Assembly: GCA_951406725.2 (NCBI GenBank)
Contig: OX597830.1
Coordinates: 33,542,001-33,606,000 of the forward strand
Length of the DNA stretch: 64,000 nt
Origin: Octopus vulgaris
Taxonomy: Eukaryota
Direction: 5' to 3'
Below, one piece after another: positions 12,297 through 23,162 of the stretch. Numbering within the stretch: the stretch's first letter is position 1; the number at the start of each line of letters is the position of its first letter. The translations under genes were made by a program, and so were the position numbers. The notes under the pieces are model-generated. The model was not told the DNA's origin, searched no databases, and saw nothing but the letters and a program-made list of their open reading frames with translations.

Positions 12297-12764
12297 ATCT
12301 ATCTATATGTATATAAGCATGTATATAGATATAACTGGATAGGCACACACACACACACACAAGCATGCACACATTCACACATTCACACCAGTGCGCCTAA
12401 TAATAATATGACTATATTTTTATGTTTATTGTGATTACCCAGAGGTTTTGCCATGTATTTGCATAAACAGGTCTGTTTCATTCTTTGTAAATATGCGAGT
12501 GAATGTGTGTGTGCGTGCGTTTGTGTGTGTGTGTGTGTGTGTGTATGTGTGTGTGTGTGTGGTTGCTTTGTTAGCATGTATTTCACGTGGAGGTACTTCG
12601 GTGCTTTTCCAATATATTTTACATGTCAGTACTAATAGACATTTAAACAGTGTTACCACATGCTGTTGTATCTCATCATATTCAATGACAGAGGGTGTAC
12701 TGGTATGTATAGGAATTATTTAGAAAGAGAGGGTGACCACCCCACCGCTCTTCTGTCTTGCCCT

Positions 12765-12811
<47 letters not shown>

Positions 12812-13202
12812 TCTATTTCTTTATTCAGTTTGTGTATTTCTTTTGCATATGGTCTTGAGGGTGTCAAGTACCAATACTTTATTGAATTTCAATTGTGTTC
12901 TGACAATTTTGTTTTTCCAAGAAATCTCTTTCAGTCCTTATGTTGGGTCCCCTCCCTGCACATCTCATCTTTTCTTACACTGACGGCTATGATCTTGCTT
13001 CACCTTACTCAAGTTTGTCCTTCCCCTTCAAGGGCCAGATAAAAAGAAAAACACTGTAGCTCTGATAAGTTAAGCCTAACTTGATCTATTTTCTAATACT
13101 AGCCCCCACACCTAACCACAAAATCAGGAGCCAATGAAGAAGCTCCAATATGGTAGCTTCACGTGCTAGAAATAGCAAACACATTTTTTTCAGGCCACAT
13201 CT

Positions 13203-13600
13203 TTAACCTTTCCGTTACCAACCCAGCTGAAACTACCTCTGGCTCTGTAGTACAAATGTCTAGTTTTCATAAGTTTTGAATAAAAATCTTACCCCAAACC
13301 TTAGTTGCAACTTATGTTCCTAACACCAGCTTAATCATAACTAAGCTATTTTAGTAAATTCTTTGTTATATTTAATCCTTTCGATACTAACCTGGTTGAA
13401 ACCACCTCTGGCTCTGTAGTACAAATGTCTTGTTTTCATAAGTTTTGAATTAAAATCTTCCATCAAACCTTAGTTGCAATTTATGTTCCTAACTCTAGCT
13501 TAATGATAATTAAGTTATTTTACTAAATTCTTTGTTATATTTAAAGTAATTGAAAGAAACACAGAACATCTCGAAATAAATACAGTAATGAAAGGGTTAA
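13203..13600. mobile_element. piggyBac-type MITE: truncated copy joined at a TTAA to a complete copy (13376-13596)
   Basis: TTAA|cctttccgttacc, TTAA|tcctttcgatac and gtaatgaaaggg|TTAA; same family as 30645-30875. Confidence 0.85.
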
Positions 13601-13864
13601 TGTATTACAACAAAGGAGAAAAAATTGGAAGATTAAAAATGTATGACAGGAAACATTAGATAATGTAGTCCTTGGTAGATTGTTTATCAAAAAAAGAAAA
13701 AATTCAGAGGTGGTAGAATTTGTTTAAAAGTTTAATATTTAAACTGGCCATATCAAACCCAAATATTCAAACTAGCCTCATTTAGCCTCTTACACCTATC
13801 CTACAATGTTATCCTAAAAACAAACAATCACATCTTCAAAATCTCAAACCTTCAAGATAATGGT

Positions 13865-14392
13865 TTCAGATTTTGGCACAAGGCCAGAAATTTCTGGGAA
13901 GGGTGGAGGTTGATAATATTAACCCCAGTGTTCAACTGGTACTTATTTTATCGATCCTGAAGGAATAAAAGGCAAAGTTGACTTTGGCGGAATTTGAACT
14001 TAGAACGTAATGACAGATGAAATACCGCTGAGCATTTTTCCCCCGGCATGTCAACGATTCTTTTCTGCTCTAGGCACAAGGCCTAAAATTTTGGGGGAAG
14101 AGACCAGTCAATTAGATTGACCTCAGTATGCAACTGGTATATAATTTATTGATCACAATAGGATGAAAAGCAAAGTCAACCTCAGCGAAATTTGAACTCA
14201 GAATGTAAAGACAGACAAAATACCACTAAGCATTTTGCCTGTCATGCTAACGTTTCTTATTTCTTTATTGCCCACAAGGGGTTAAACATAGAGGGTACAA
14301 ACAAAGGCAGACAAAAGGATTAAGTTGATTACATCAACCCCAGTGCAAAAATGGTACTTAATTTATCGACCCTGAAAGGATGAAAGCAAAGT
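13865..14392 (-). mobile_element. Train of three SINE-B copies
   Basis: Junctions aacgattc|ttttctgc (~14060) and aacgtttc|ttatttcttt (~14256). Confidence 0.85.
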
Positions 14393-15464
14393 TTTCATCA
14401 ACTACTACTACTACTGCTACTTCATAATCCATCCACTTTCTTTACCATGTATCCAAGAATTAAACAAATATTCTTGGAGAGTTGAGAGAGCTGCCTGTTA
14501 AGAATGACATCCTATCTATCCAGGGAGTTATCAGAATAGATGTGATTTGTCTTCAATTTAATCAAACAGTTATGAAGAACTGTTAATTACCAATGTTAGA
14601 GATTACTGAGATTATTATTGCCATCAGGTTTGTTGTCGCTTTTATACTCATCATCATATTCATTTTTCTCATCACAATTCTTCTTCTCCTCTTTCTTTCC
14701 CCTCCTCTTTCTTTCCTCATCTTCTTTGTTTCCTCCTCCACTTTCTTTCCTCTTCCTCCTCCACCTCTGCCTTGACCTCCCGTCTCTGCCTCCTCCATCA
14801 CCACCACCACTACCACTACCACCTCCTCACTCCTCTTCCTCCTGTCTCTCCTCCTCCTCCCCCTCTTCCTACCCCTCCTCTTTATTACCCTCCCCAGCAT
14901 CCTCCCCTCATGTCTGTCCACCCTTCCTCATCCTGTCTCTCCTCCTCCTCGCGTTCCTTCTCCTGATTGTCATTATCACCACCATCATCATGAGCTACAT
15001 CTACCCCATGGACCCTAAACAACCCTACACCATATGACACCAATGAAACTGACATTACACAACCCTTACACCAGCCACCTGACACCCCTACAACACGCTG
15101 TACCCTTACCATCAACTTAGCAGGTTTTAACCTCGAAACTAGCCCCTCTCATTACATCTTACTTACTTCTCTGGACCCCGTATCACATTTGACTTCTCTT
15201 CTTCTCACCTGACACCCTCGTATGTACACAACCATCCTATTTAAACTTAGTTCACCCCTAACTCTCATACATCAGAACTATTTAAAGGACTGAATCTAAA
15301 TTGAAATTAGAACCACCCAACCTACCACCCACCTTATTTGCATGTTAAACTCACTTGGTGGTATGGATATGCTTTCTGTAGTAATGTCAGTGGTGGTGGT
15401 GATGGTAGTGTTGATTATGATGATGATGGTTGTGGTGTTGGTTGTAGTGGTTGAGGTTGTGGCA

Positions 15465-15729
15465 CAATAATCCCTTGCCACATAGCAGTTCACCTATTGC
15501 TGTTCACCAATTGGGGTTCCACTGGTGTGGTTCACCTATCGTGGTTCATTTGTTGCGGTTTATTATTTAAGCTTACATCAATTCCTCCATGGTGTTGTTT
15601 TGCCTTTATAATAAAATAAATGTATACAAATTATAAAAATAGTTAAAAAAATATACAGTACTTCACTGATTTTCTCCTATCATGGGAGGGTTTTGGAACA
15701 TAACACCCGCAATAGTCGAGGTATTACTG
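15465..15729. mobile_element. pogo/Tigger-type MITE
   Basis: Left end caataatcccttgcca; right end reverse-complement cagtaatacctcgact; ~265 bp. Confidence 0.65.
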
Positions 15730-15763
<34 letters not shown>

Positions 15764-15815
15764 AAATATGTATATAGGTATATACATATTTATACATATA
15801 CATACACAAATATAT

Positions 15816-17760
15816 ATCATCATCATCATCATCATCATCATTTAACGTCCGCTTTCCATGCTAGCATGGGTTGGACGGTTCAACTGGGGTCTGGGGAGCC
15901 CGAAGGCTGCACCAGGCCAGTCAGATCTGGCAGTGTTTCTACAGCTGGATGCCCTTCCTAACGCCAACCACTCCGAGAGTGTAGTGGCTGATTTTATGTG
16001 CCACCGACACAGGTGCCAGACGAGGCTGGCGAACGGCCACGCTCGGATGGTGTTTTTATGTGCCACCGACACAGGTGCCAGACGAGGCTGGCGAACGGCC
16101 ACGCTCGGATGGTGTTTTTATGTGCCACCGACACAGGTGCCAGACGAGGCTGACGAACGGCCACGATCGGATGGTGTTTCTTACGTGCCCACAGCACGGA
16201 GGCCAGTCGATGCGGTACTGGCTACGGCCACGTTCGGATGGTTTTCTTGTGTGCCACCGGCACTGGTACCACAAAGATACAAATTTCATTGATGTTCATC
16301 TATTTTGATTTGATTTGATTTGATTTGATTTTCACTTGCCTCAACAGGTCTTCACAAGTGTCACAAGAAGGAAGGAAGGTATGCACAGGTGAACTGACAA
16401 CGTCCCAGGTAGGGGCCACGGGTTATGGCCTGACTAGTCTTGCCGGGTCTTCGGATGATGTTTTTATGTGTCTCCGACACAGGTGCCAGATGGATGGTGT
16501 TTGTTACGTGCCCACAGCACGGAGGCCAGTCGATGCGGTACTGGCTACGGCCACGTTCGGATGGTTTTCTTGTGTGCCACCGGCATTGGTACCACAAAGA
16601 TACAAATTCCATTGATGTTCATCTATTTTGATTTGATTTGATTTGATTTGATCACTTGTCTCAACAGGTCTTCACAAGTGTCACAAGAAGGAAGGTATGC
16701 ACAGGTGGACTGACTACGTCCCAAGTAGAGGCCACGGGTTATGGCCTGACTAGTCTTGCCGGGTCTTCGGATGGTGCTTTTATGTGCCACCGACACAGGC
16801 GCCAGGGTTATGGCCTGACTAGTCTTGCCGGGTCTTCGGATGGTGCTTTTATGTGCTACCGACACAGGTGCCAGATGAGGCTGGCGAACGGCCACGATCG
16901 GATGGTGTTTGTTATGAGCCCACAGCACAGAGGCCAGTCGATGCGGTACTGGCTACGGCCATGTTCGGATGGTTATCTTGTGTGCCACCGGCCCTGGTAC
17001 CACAAAGATACAAATTCCATTGATGTTCATCTATTTTGATTTGTTTTGATTTGATCACTTGCCTCAACAGGTCTTCACAAGTGTCACAAGAAGGAAGGTA
17101 TGCACAGGCGGACTGACTACGTCCCAGGTAGGGGCCACGGATTATGGCCTGACTAGTCTTGCCGGGTCTTCAGATGGTGTTTTTATGTGCCACCGACACA
17201 GGTGCCTGATGAGGCTGGCGAACGGACATGATCGGGTGTTTGTTATGTGCCCACAGCACGGAGGCCAGTCGATGCGGTACTGGCTACGGCCACGTTCGGA
17301 TTGTTTTCTTGTGTGCCACCGGCACTGGTACCATAAATATACAAATTCCATTGATGTTCATCTATTTTATTTTGATTTTCACTTTCACTTGCCTCAAAAG
17401 GTCTTCACAAGTGTCACAAGAAGGAAGGTATGCACAGGTGGACTGACTACGTCCCAGGTTGGGGCCACGGATTATGGCCTGACTAGTCTTGCCGGGTCTT
17501 CGGACGGTGTTTTTATGTGCCACCGACACAGGTGCCTAGTCTTGCCAGGTCTTCGGATGGTGTTTTTATGTGCCACCGACACAGGTGCCGGATGAGGCTG
17601 GCGAACGGCCACGATCGGATGGTGTTTGTTACGTGCCCACAGCACGGAGGCCAGTCGATGCAGTACTGGCTACGGCCACGTTCGGATGGTTTTCTTGTGT
17701 GCCACCGGCACTGGTACCACAAAGATACAAATTCCATTGATATTCATCTATTTCGATTTG
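15816..17760 (-). repeat. RTE-type 3' UTR with (GAT)n tail expanded into a higher-order tandem array
   Basis: Tail shared with 42578-43075; 62 bp monomers at 15999, 16061, 16123; higher-order units ending cattgatgttcatctatttt near 16290, 16612, 17020, 17350, 17736. Confidence 0.9.
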
Positions 17761-17820
17761 TTTTGATTTTTTTGATTTTTTTTTTTTTGTATATATATAT
17801 ATATATATATATATAGATGT

Positions 17821-17855
<35 letters not shown>

Positions 17856-18166
17856 AATATATATATATATATGTATATATTATGATCATTAATATTTGGG
17901 AAGTTATTTCCGAGTCCACAGGGAAGAGAAGTTCAATTCAGTGGTACTAAAATGAATTACTCACTGCATTATATACATATAAATAGATAGGTTTAAGAGA
18001 CAGAATCACCCTCAAGCAACTGAATCATCATTGAATGACATTATCCACAATATGTACACATAGGACTAAATATTAAAATTATCAAAATTAATACCTACAA
18101 TTCTTATTCTAAATTATCAAAATTAATACCTTCAATTCTTATTACAAATCATATACTTTACATTAT

Positions 18167-18273
18167 CTAGACTATGCGCGTTTACTGACAACATATTCTT
18201 CAATATTGTTGAAATAGAATTTCTCTATACAATATCATATTAAAGCGATTATATTGCCAATCATCAGGTCTAT
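18167..18273 (-). ncRNA. Hammerhead copy in left arm, probably inactive
   Basis: Minus: atagac CTGATGA ttggca...tgtcag TAAA CGCGC ATA gtcta; G12 changed to U. Confidence 0.7.
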
Positions 18274-18727
18274 CTTATATGAGCTTATTTTGCTATTTAC
18301 ATCTTATATTAAGACATGACAAACTAAAATTATATAACTAGTGGTTGTTGGAATAATTTTCTATTATTTATAATAATAATAAATCAGAATCTAGAAGTGA
18401 GTGTATGATGGGAATAGTCTTTTTTTTTTTTAATAATAGAAATAACTTTTAAGAATTTTTAAATGTTAATAAGAATTTTTTCCCCTACAAAGTAGCTTTC
18501 AATGTTGAAGTATACAATTGCTGGTAGCCATGTTTAATTCTTGGAGTGAAAATTACCATACAAGTAAGTTAACATATCTTTTTACTAACATTTCTTTTTC
18601 CTACTTTTATTCCACATTTCTGTTCATTATTTACTAAAGTAAAATTATTCCAACAATTGCTAGTTATATAATTTTAGTTTGTCATGTTTTAATATACGAT
18701 GTAAATAGCAAAATAAGTTCACATAAG

Positions 18728-18834
18728 ATAGACCTGATGATTGGCAATATAATCGTTTTAATATGGTATTGTATAGAGAAATTCTATTTCAACAATACCG
18801 AGGAATATGATGTCAGGAAACTCACGTAGTCTAT
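18728..18834 (+). ncRNA. Type I hammerhead ribozyme candidate with long stem II
   Basis: ATAGAC CTGATGA ttggca...tgtcag GAAA Ctcac GTA GTCTAT: 6 bp stem I, intact core, GUA triplet. Confidence 0.78.
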
Positions 18835-19005
18835 ATAATGTAAAGTATGTGATTTGCAATAAGAATTGAAGGTATTAATTTCGATAATTTGGAATAAGAA
18901 TTGTAGGTATTAATTTTGATAATTTTAATATTTAGTCTTATGTGTACATATTGTGGATAATGTCATTCAATGACGATTCAGATGCTTGAGGGTGATTCTG
19001 TCTCT

Positions 19006-19076
<71 letters not shown>

Positions 19077-19080
<4 letters not shown>

Positions 19081-19087
19081 TCCTGTT

Positions 19088-19123
<36 letters not shown>

Positions 19124-19134
19124 AACAGGATGAT
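19077..19134. repeat. Perfect 58 bp palindrome with (TA)n centre
   Basis: atcatcctgttaga-(ta)n-tctaacaggatgat. Confidence 0.9.
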
Positions 19135-19500
19135 TGGTCAAAACATTGATGACGTCTCGTTCCGCTGGACTAGCCACCTAACAGGATACAGTCATGGGTC
19201 AGATCTAATGTCGATTCATCAAAAAAATGATGACGTATTTCTTCCGTGGCCAAACTGTCGTTCCGCTTGGTTGGTTTCCTAACAGGATATATTCGTTGAG
19301 ACTGGGTTTTGATTGGTTTGGAACTATATGACGTCAATGAAAAGTGCAAGTGACCACTGCTAAGCTGAGCTGATATAAACCCAACAATCACAAAATTTAC
19401 CAAAATTATGCGAGCAGACACCGACCCAAAATCATTACTGTTGCTCCCATTGGAACACAAGGTAAAATCTAAAATGAACTCCTCGCTTTTTCAAGAACAG

Positions 19501-19735
19501 GAATTTTTTATATTTGACTCTATTGAATGTATGTCACAATTATGAACTACTACATCATACTCTTTAAACATATAGCATGGACTCCCTTTATTATATATGA
19601 ATTTTTTATATTTGACTCAATTGAATATTATATATGAATTTTTTATATTTGACTCTATTGAATATATGTCACAATTATGAACTATTACATCATACTCTTT
19701 AAACAAATAGCATGAACTCTCTTTATTATATATAA
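19501..19735. repeat. ~100 bp tandem duplication with a partial middle unit
   Basis: gaattttttatatttgactc at 19501, ~19599 and ~19636. Confidence 0.9.
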
Positions 19736-19787
19736 TTTTTTTTTGATAAGGTTCGTCATTTCAAGAACCGAAACATGTTAAAAATTA
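19736..19787 (+). ncRNA. Minimal type I hammerhead candidate, U3-A8 variant
   Basis: ttttt TTGATAA GGTTC gtcatttcaa GAACC GAA ACATGT T aaaaa. Confidence 0.62.
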
Positions 19788-19865
19788 AAATTTGTCTAAT
19801 ATAGCAGCATTTTCAAACTTCATTTTTTACAAATATATACCCACTCGTATACGAGCTAATCTTAT

Positions 19866-19950
<85 letters not shown>

Positions 19951-20009
19951 GTATGCATGTATGTAAGTACATAAGTATATGTGTGTGTCTGAGTTTTTGT
20001 GTGTGATTG

Positions 20010-20310
20010 TGCATGGCTTAGTGGTTAGGGCATTCAATACCTGATCCTAATGCTGAGAGTTCATTTCCTGGTGATGCATTGCATCCTTGAGCAAGATACT
20101 TTTATTTCACCTTGCTCTAGTCCACTCAACTTGCAAAATCAAGTTGTACCTGGGCCAGCATTGTAACATGTTCAGTGTGTCATGCTGAACCTCCCTGAGA
20201 ACTATGTGGAAGGTAGGCATGTCTGTGGAGTATTCAGTCACTTGAATATTAATTTCGCAAGCAAGCTGTTTGACTGATTGAATATTTTCCCGAATAAAAT
20301 CGCCCTTCAT
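20010..20310 (+). mobile_element. SINE-D-related tRNA-headed SINE, diverged
   Basis: tggcttagtggttagg A-box, gagttcatttcc B-box, ccttgagcaag, ctgaacctccctgagaacta shared with 34931 and 63742 copies. Confidence 0.75.
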
Positions 20311-20314
20311 GTTT

Positions 20315-20397
20315 GAAGTTCTGATGAAGCTATAGGGTGATACTCAAGCATTCAATTATGACACTATGGCATCTTATAGCAGAGACAACTGTAAGAC
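20315..20397 (+). ncRNA. Degenerate hammerhead-like motif
   Basis: CTGATGA a GCTATAGGGTG...CATCTTATAGC a GAGA CAACTGTA agac; 11 bp stem II, GAAA mutated. Confidence 0.6.
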
Positions 20398-20517
20398 AAT
20401 GAAGTTCATAACATAATTGTTTATTCCTTTGTCATCCCAATTTCTTACATGTATACATGTATAAATATATATCTGTATCTATCTATCAGTCTGACTCTCA
20501 GTCTGTCTGTATGTATG

Positions 20518-20722
20518 CAGGAGGACTTAAACAACATGCAAAGGTACATGAAGCCCAGTTACAACTACAGCCGGCTATTACCGGTAAAGGTATTAGTTGC
20601 CAATTCTGTACAGACATTGTAGATCTTTAGATGGGCTAAAAAGTCACATTCGATCACAGCACCAGTAACAGTTAAGCTTCGTGCAATGGCCATACTCGAT
20701 AACGAGGGGGCAGCCATAATAA
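20518..20722 (+). mobile_element. RTE (BovB-like) LINE 3' end
   Basis: Frameshifted C2H2 finger CQFC.RHCRSLDGLKSHIRSQHQ* followed by tail hairpin ctcgataacgag. Confidence 0.75.
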
Positions 20723-20859
20723 TGCATGTCTGCATGTATGTATGTATGTATGTATGTATGTATGTATGTGTATATATATATATATAGATAGATAACTAGG
20801 TAGATAGATAAATAGATAGATAGATAGATTTACTCGAAGCTAATTATATGACCGGTCAA

Positions 20860-20921
20860 AGAGTGACCAATGGTTTTGATTTTACAAAGTGTTTAACTTT
20901 ATAGACGGTTCGTCAGACTCT
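20860..20921 (-). ncRNA. Type I hammerhead-like motif, G12 lost at a CpG
   Basis: Minus: AGAGT CTGACGA accgtctataaagt taaac actttgtaaaatc AAA ACCATTGGT C ACTCT. Confidence 0.7.
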
Positions 20922-21046
20922 AATAGATGCAGCATATAACTTCTTTTCCAATTAGAGATAGGAAAACGTTACGGTCAGTTAATTTTGTAAACAGAAAATA
21001 TATATTACTGCTCTGACGTTTAGAGTGTTCTTTTTCAGATATATGA

Positions 21047-21083
<37 letters not shown>

Positions 21084-21690
21084 CACACACATACATACAT
21101 AAATATATGCACATGTATGTATGTATGTATGTATGTATGTATGTATGTATGTATGTGTATACATGTATCTAGCAATTCACTGCCTGGATTATAATGCCAT
21201 ATTTAATCTCTGTTCTCTTTTAATTTTGTCACAGTATCCCAAAATATATTTCACAAATGCTAATCTACAATTCCAGCATCACTTTTTCAAACCGGTACAT
21301 TTAGTATTGAATCAGTGAACTATAAATTTATATATATTATTCCAATCTTCTTAAAGATTTTTCAAATATTCTTCACTAATCTTTAATATATAATTTTTTT
21401 TTTCCTTTTTAGTTGTAACAGGTGTAAATCTCATGCTAAATATTCAACTTTAACTTCTTGTATACATGACCTTTGCTTTTTAATAATCTTCAAATCATAG
21501 ATCAACTTTTAAAATCAAAGTTCATTCCCTTTTGAAATAAAAATCGATGTTATTGGTGGACTGAATATCATTCTGTTTGTTTTTAGCAATGGCTAAAATG
21601 TAAAGTTGTTGTCATTGTTGTTGTTGTTGTTGTTGTTGTTATAAGTAAATAATAATAATCATCATCATCATCATAATAATAATAATAATA

Positions 21691-21744
<54 letters not shown>

Positions 21745-21798
21745 GTAATAATAATAATAATCATAATAATAATAATAATGATAATAATAATAATAATG

Positions 21799-21842
<44 letters not shown>

Positions 21843-21844
21843 TA

Positions 21845-21875
<31 letters not shown>

Positions 21876-21882
21876 TATTATT

Positions 21883-22409
21883 GAGTGAGAGAGCAGTGCA
21901 TGCCACAAAGTGACACTGGCGTAAAATATACGAAGCCCACTATGTCCAGCAAGACTACCCATCTGATAAGGGTACGCCAGGCACCATACATCACAACCAT
22001 ATGTGTGCGACATGGTGATCGCATATCAAGATAAACAGCACATGACCTTGCAGGTGGGGCCCAGTTAGAATTTTTTCTGGTTGAGTAGCCCATTCCACTC
22101 AAAATGTCCCTGAATAAGGGTTGTTTAAGGATGATGAACAAACCACCCATGTTTCCAGAAGTGACTTATTCAAACCCCAAAGAATCCCTCTCAACACATG
22201 GCTATGATGCTCCCCGACTACTTCTGCTCATGATCAGAGATGCACTTATCGGCAGCCACTAAGGGACATGGTCAACTGGTTAAGGTCAAACAACTGACAA
22301 GCAAATCTGTGGTATTGAGCAGAATATTTGCTGTAGCCCATCTTTTATACCAAGACAAAACAATGTCCATGATAACACTTCCAATCAGTTAAGATCAGAA
22401 ACCATGAAA

Positions 22410-22410
<1 letters not shown>
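21883..22410 (-). mobile_element. ~530 bp non-coding element bounded by (TAA)n, possibly R4/Dong-mobilised
   Basis: Ends ctctctcactc-(aat)n on minus, (TAA)n also at the other end; no ORF. Confidence 0.6.
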
Positions 22411-22454
<44 letters not shown>

Positions 22455-22456
<2 letters not shown>

Positions 22457-22880
22457 GATTCAGTGCGACCATGAGATAGAGAATAGTCTTAACTGAGAAA
22501 GAAAACAATCTATGCTGGATCATAGATATAGCATGACCAGATGACAACAAGGTGTGCGATAAGGAAGAAAGAAAAGTCGAGAGATATGACAGGTTAGCTT
22601 GGGAAGTTAAGCAGTTGTGGTCAATGAAAAAGGTAGCAGTAGTACCAATAATTGTCGAAGCCCTATGAACAGTAAGCAAAACTCTCAAGAAGTACATGGA
22701 ACTAATTGGGGCTGCAATAAGGGTGGAGCACTTGCAGAAAACAGCACTGCTTAGAACCGCTCGAATACTCCGGAGGGTGCTCAAAAAATAAGATGTGATA
22801 CCTGAGTTCACTGGTAGTGAACAGCTGGCACTGTAGTACATCTCCAGTGTTAGAAGCCGTGCAAAGGCAATAATAATAAC
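22455..22880 (+). mobile_element. R4/Dong-clade 3' fragment
   Basis: Close paralogue of 9391-9872 (MIQCDHEIEN...LQKTALLRTARILRRVL); KPD motif removed by a deletion between two atag microhomologies. Confidence 0.9.
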
Positions 22881-23111
22881 GATGATGATGATGATGGATA
22901 CGACGACAATGACAATGATGATGATTGATATGACAATGTTGATGATGGATATGACGATGATGATGATGATGTTGATGATGATGATAGATACAACGACGAT
23001 GATGAAGATGAAGGATACGACGATGATGATGAAGATGAAGGATACGACGATGATGATGATGGATACGATGATGATGACGACGACAATGATGATGAGATAG
23101 GCTAAAATGTT

Positions 23112-23162
23112 AAGTCTGATGATTCTTGACCTAATCAGAATTTGATCCTTGAAACATCACTT
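23112..23162 (+). ncRNA. Hammerhead-like motif
   Basis: AAGT CTGATGA ttcttgacctaatcagaatttgatcctt GAAACATC ACTT, then ataaataaa; stem II irregular. Confidence 0.45.

Larger units (their letters stand above)
17996..19005. repeat. 365 bp inverted repeat (arms 17996-18360 and 18641-19005, 280 bp spacer), Penelope pLTR-like
   Basis: Arms align end to end as reverse complements with scattered substitutions; each carries a hammerhead motif. Confidence 0.92.

Noticed and set aside
17200-17232. CTGATGA inside the array (and CTGTTGA...GAAA on minus) as hammerheads
   Set aside because: Most other monomers read CAGATGA or CAGACGA, GAAA is missing or stem II cannot form.
15990-17760. CRISPR-like or coding interpretation of the array
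   Set aside because: The intervening segments are themselves repeated, there are no cas genes, the context is eukaryotic, and the ORFs simply repeat the monomer.
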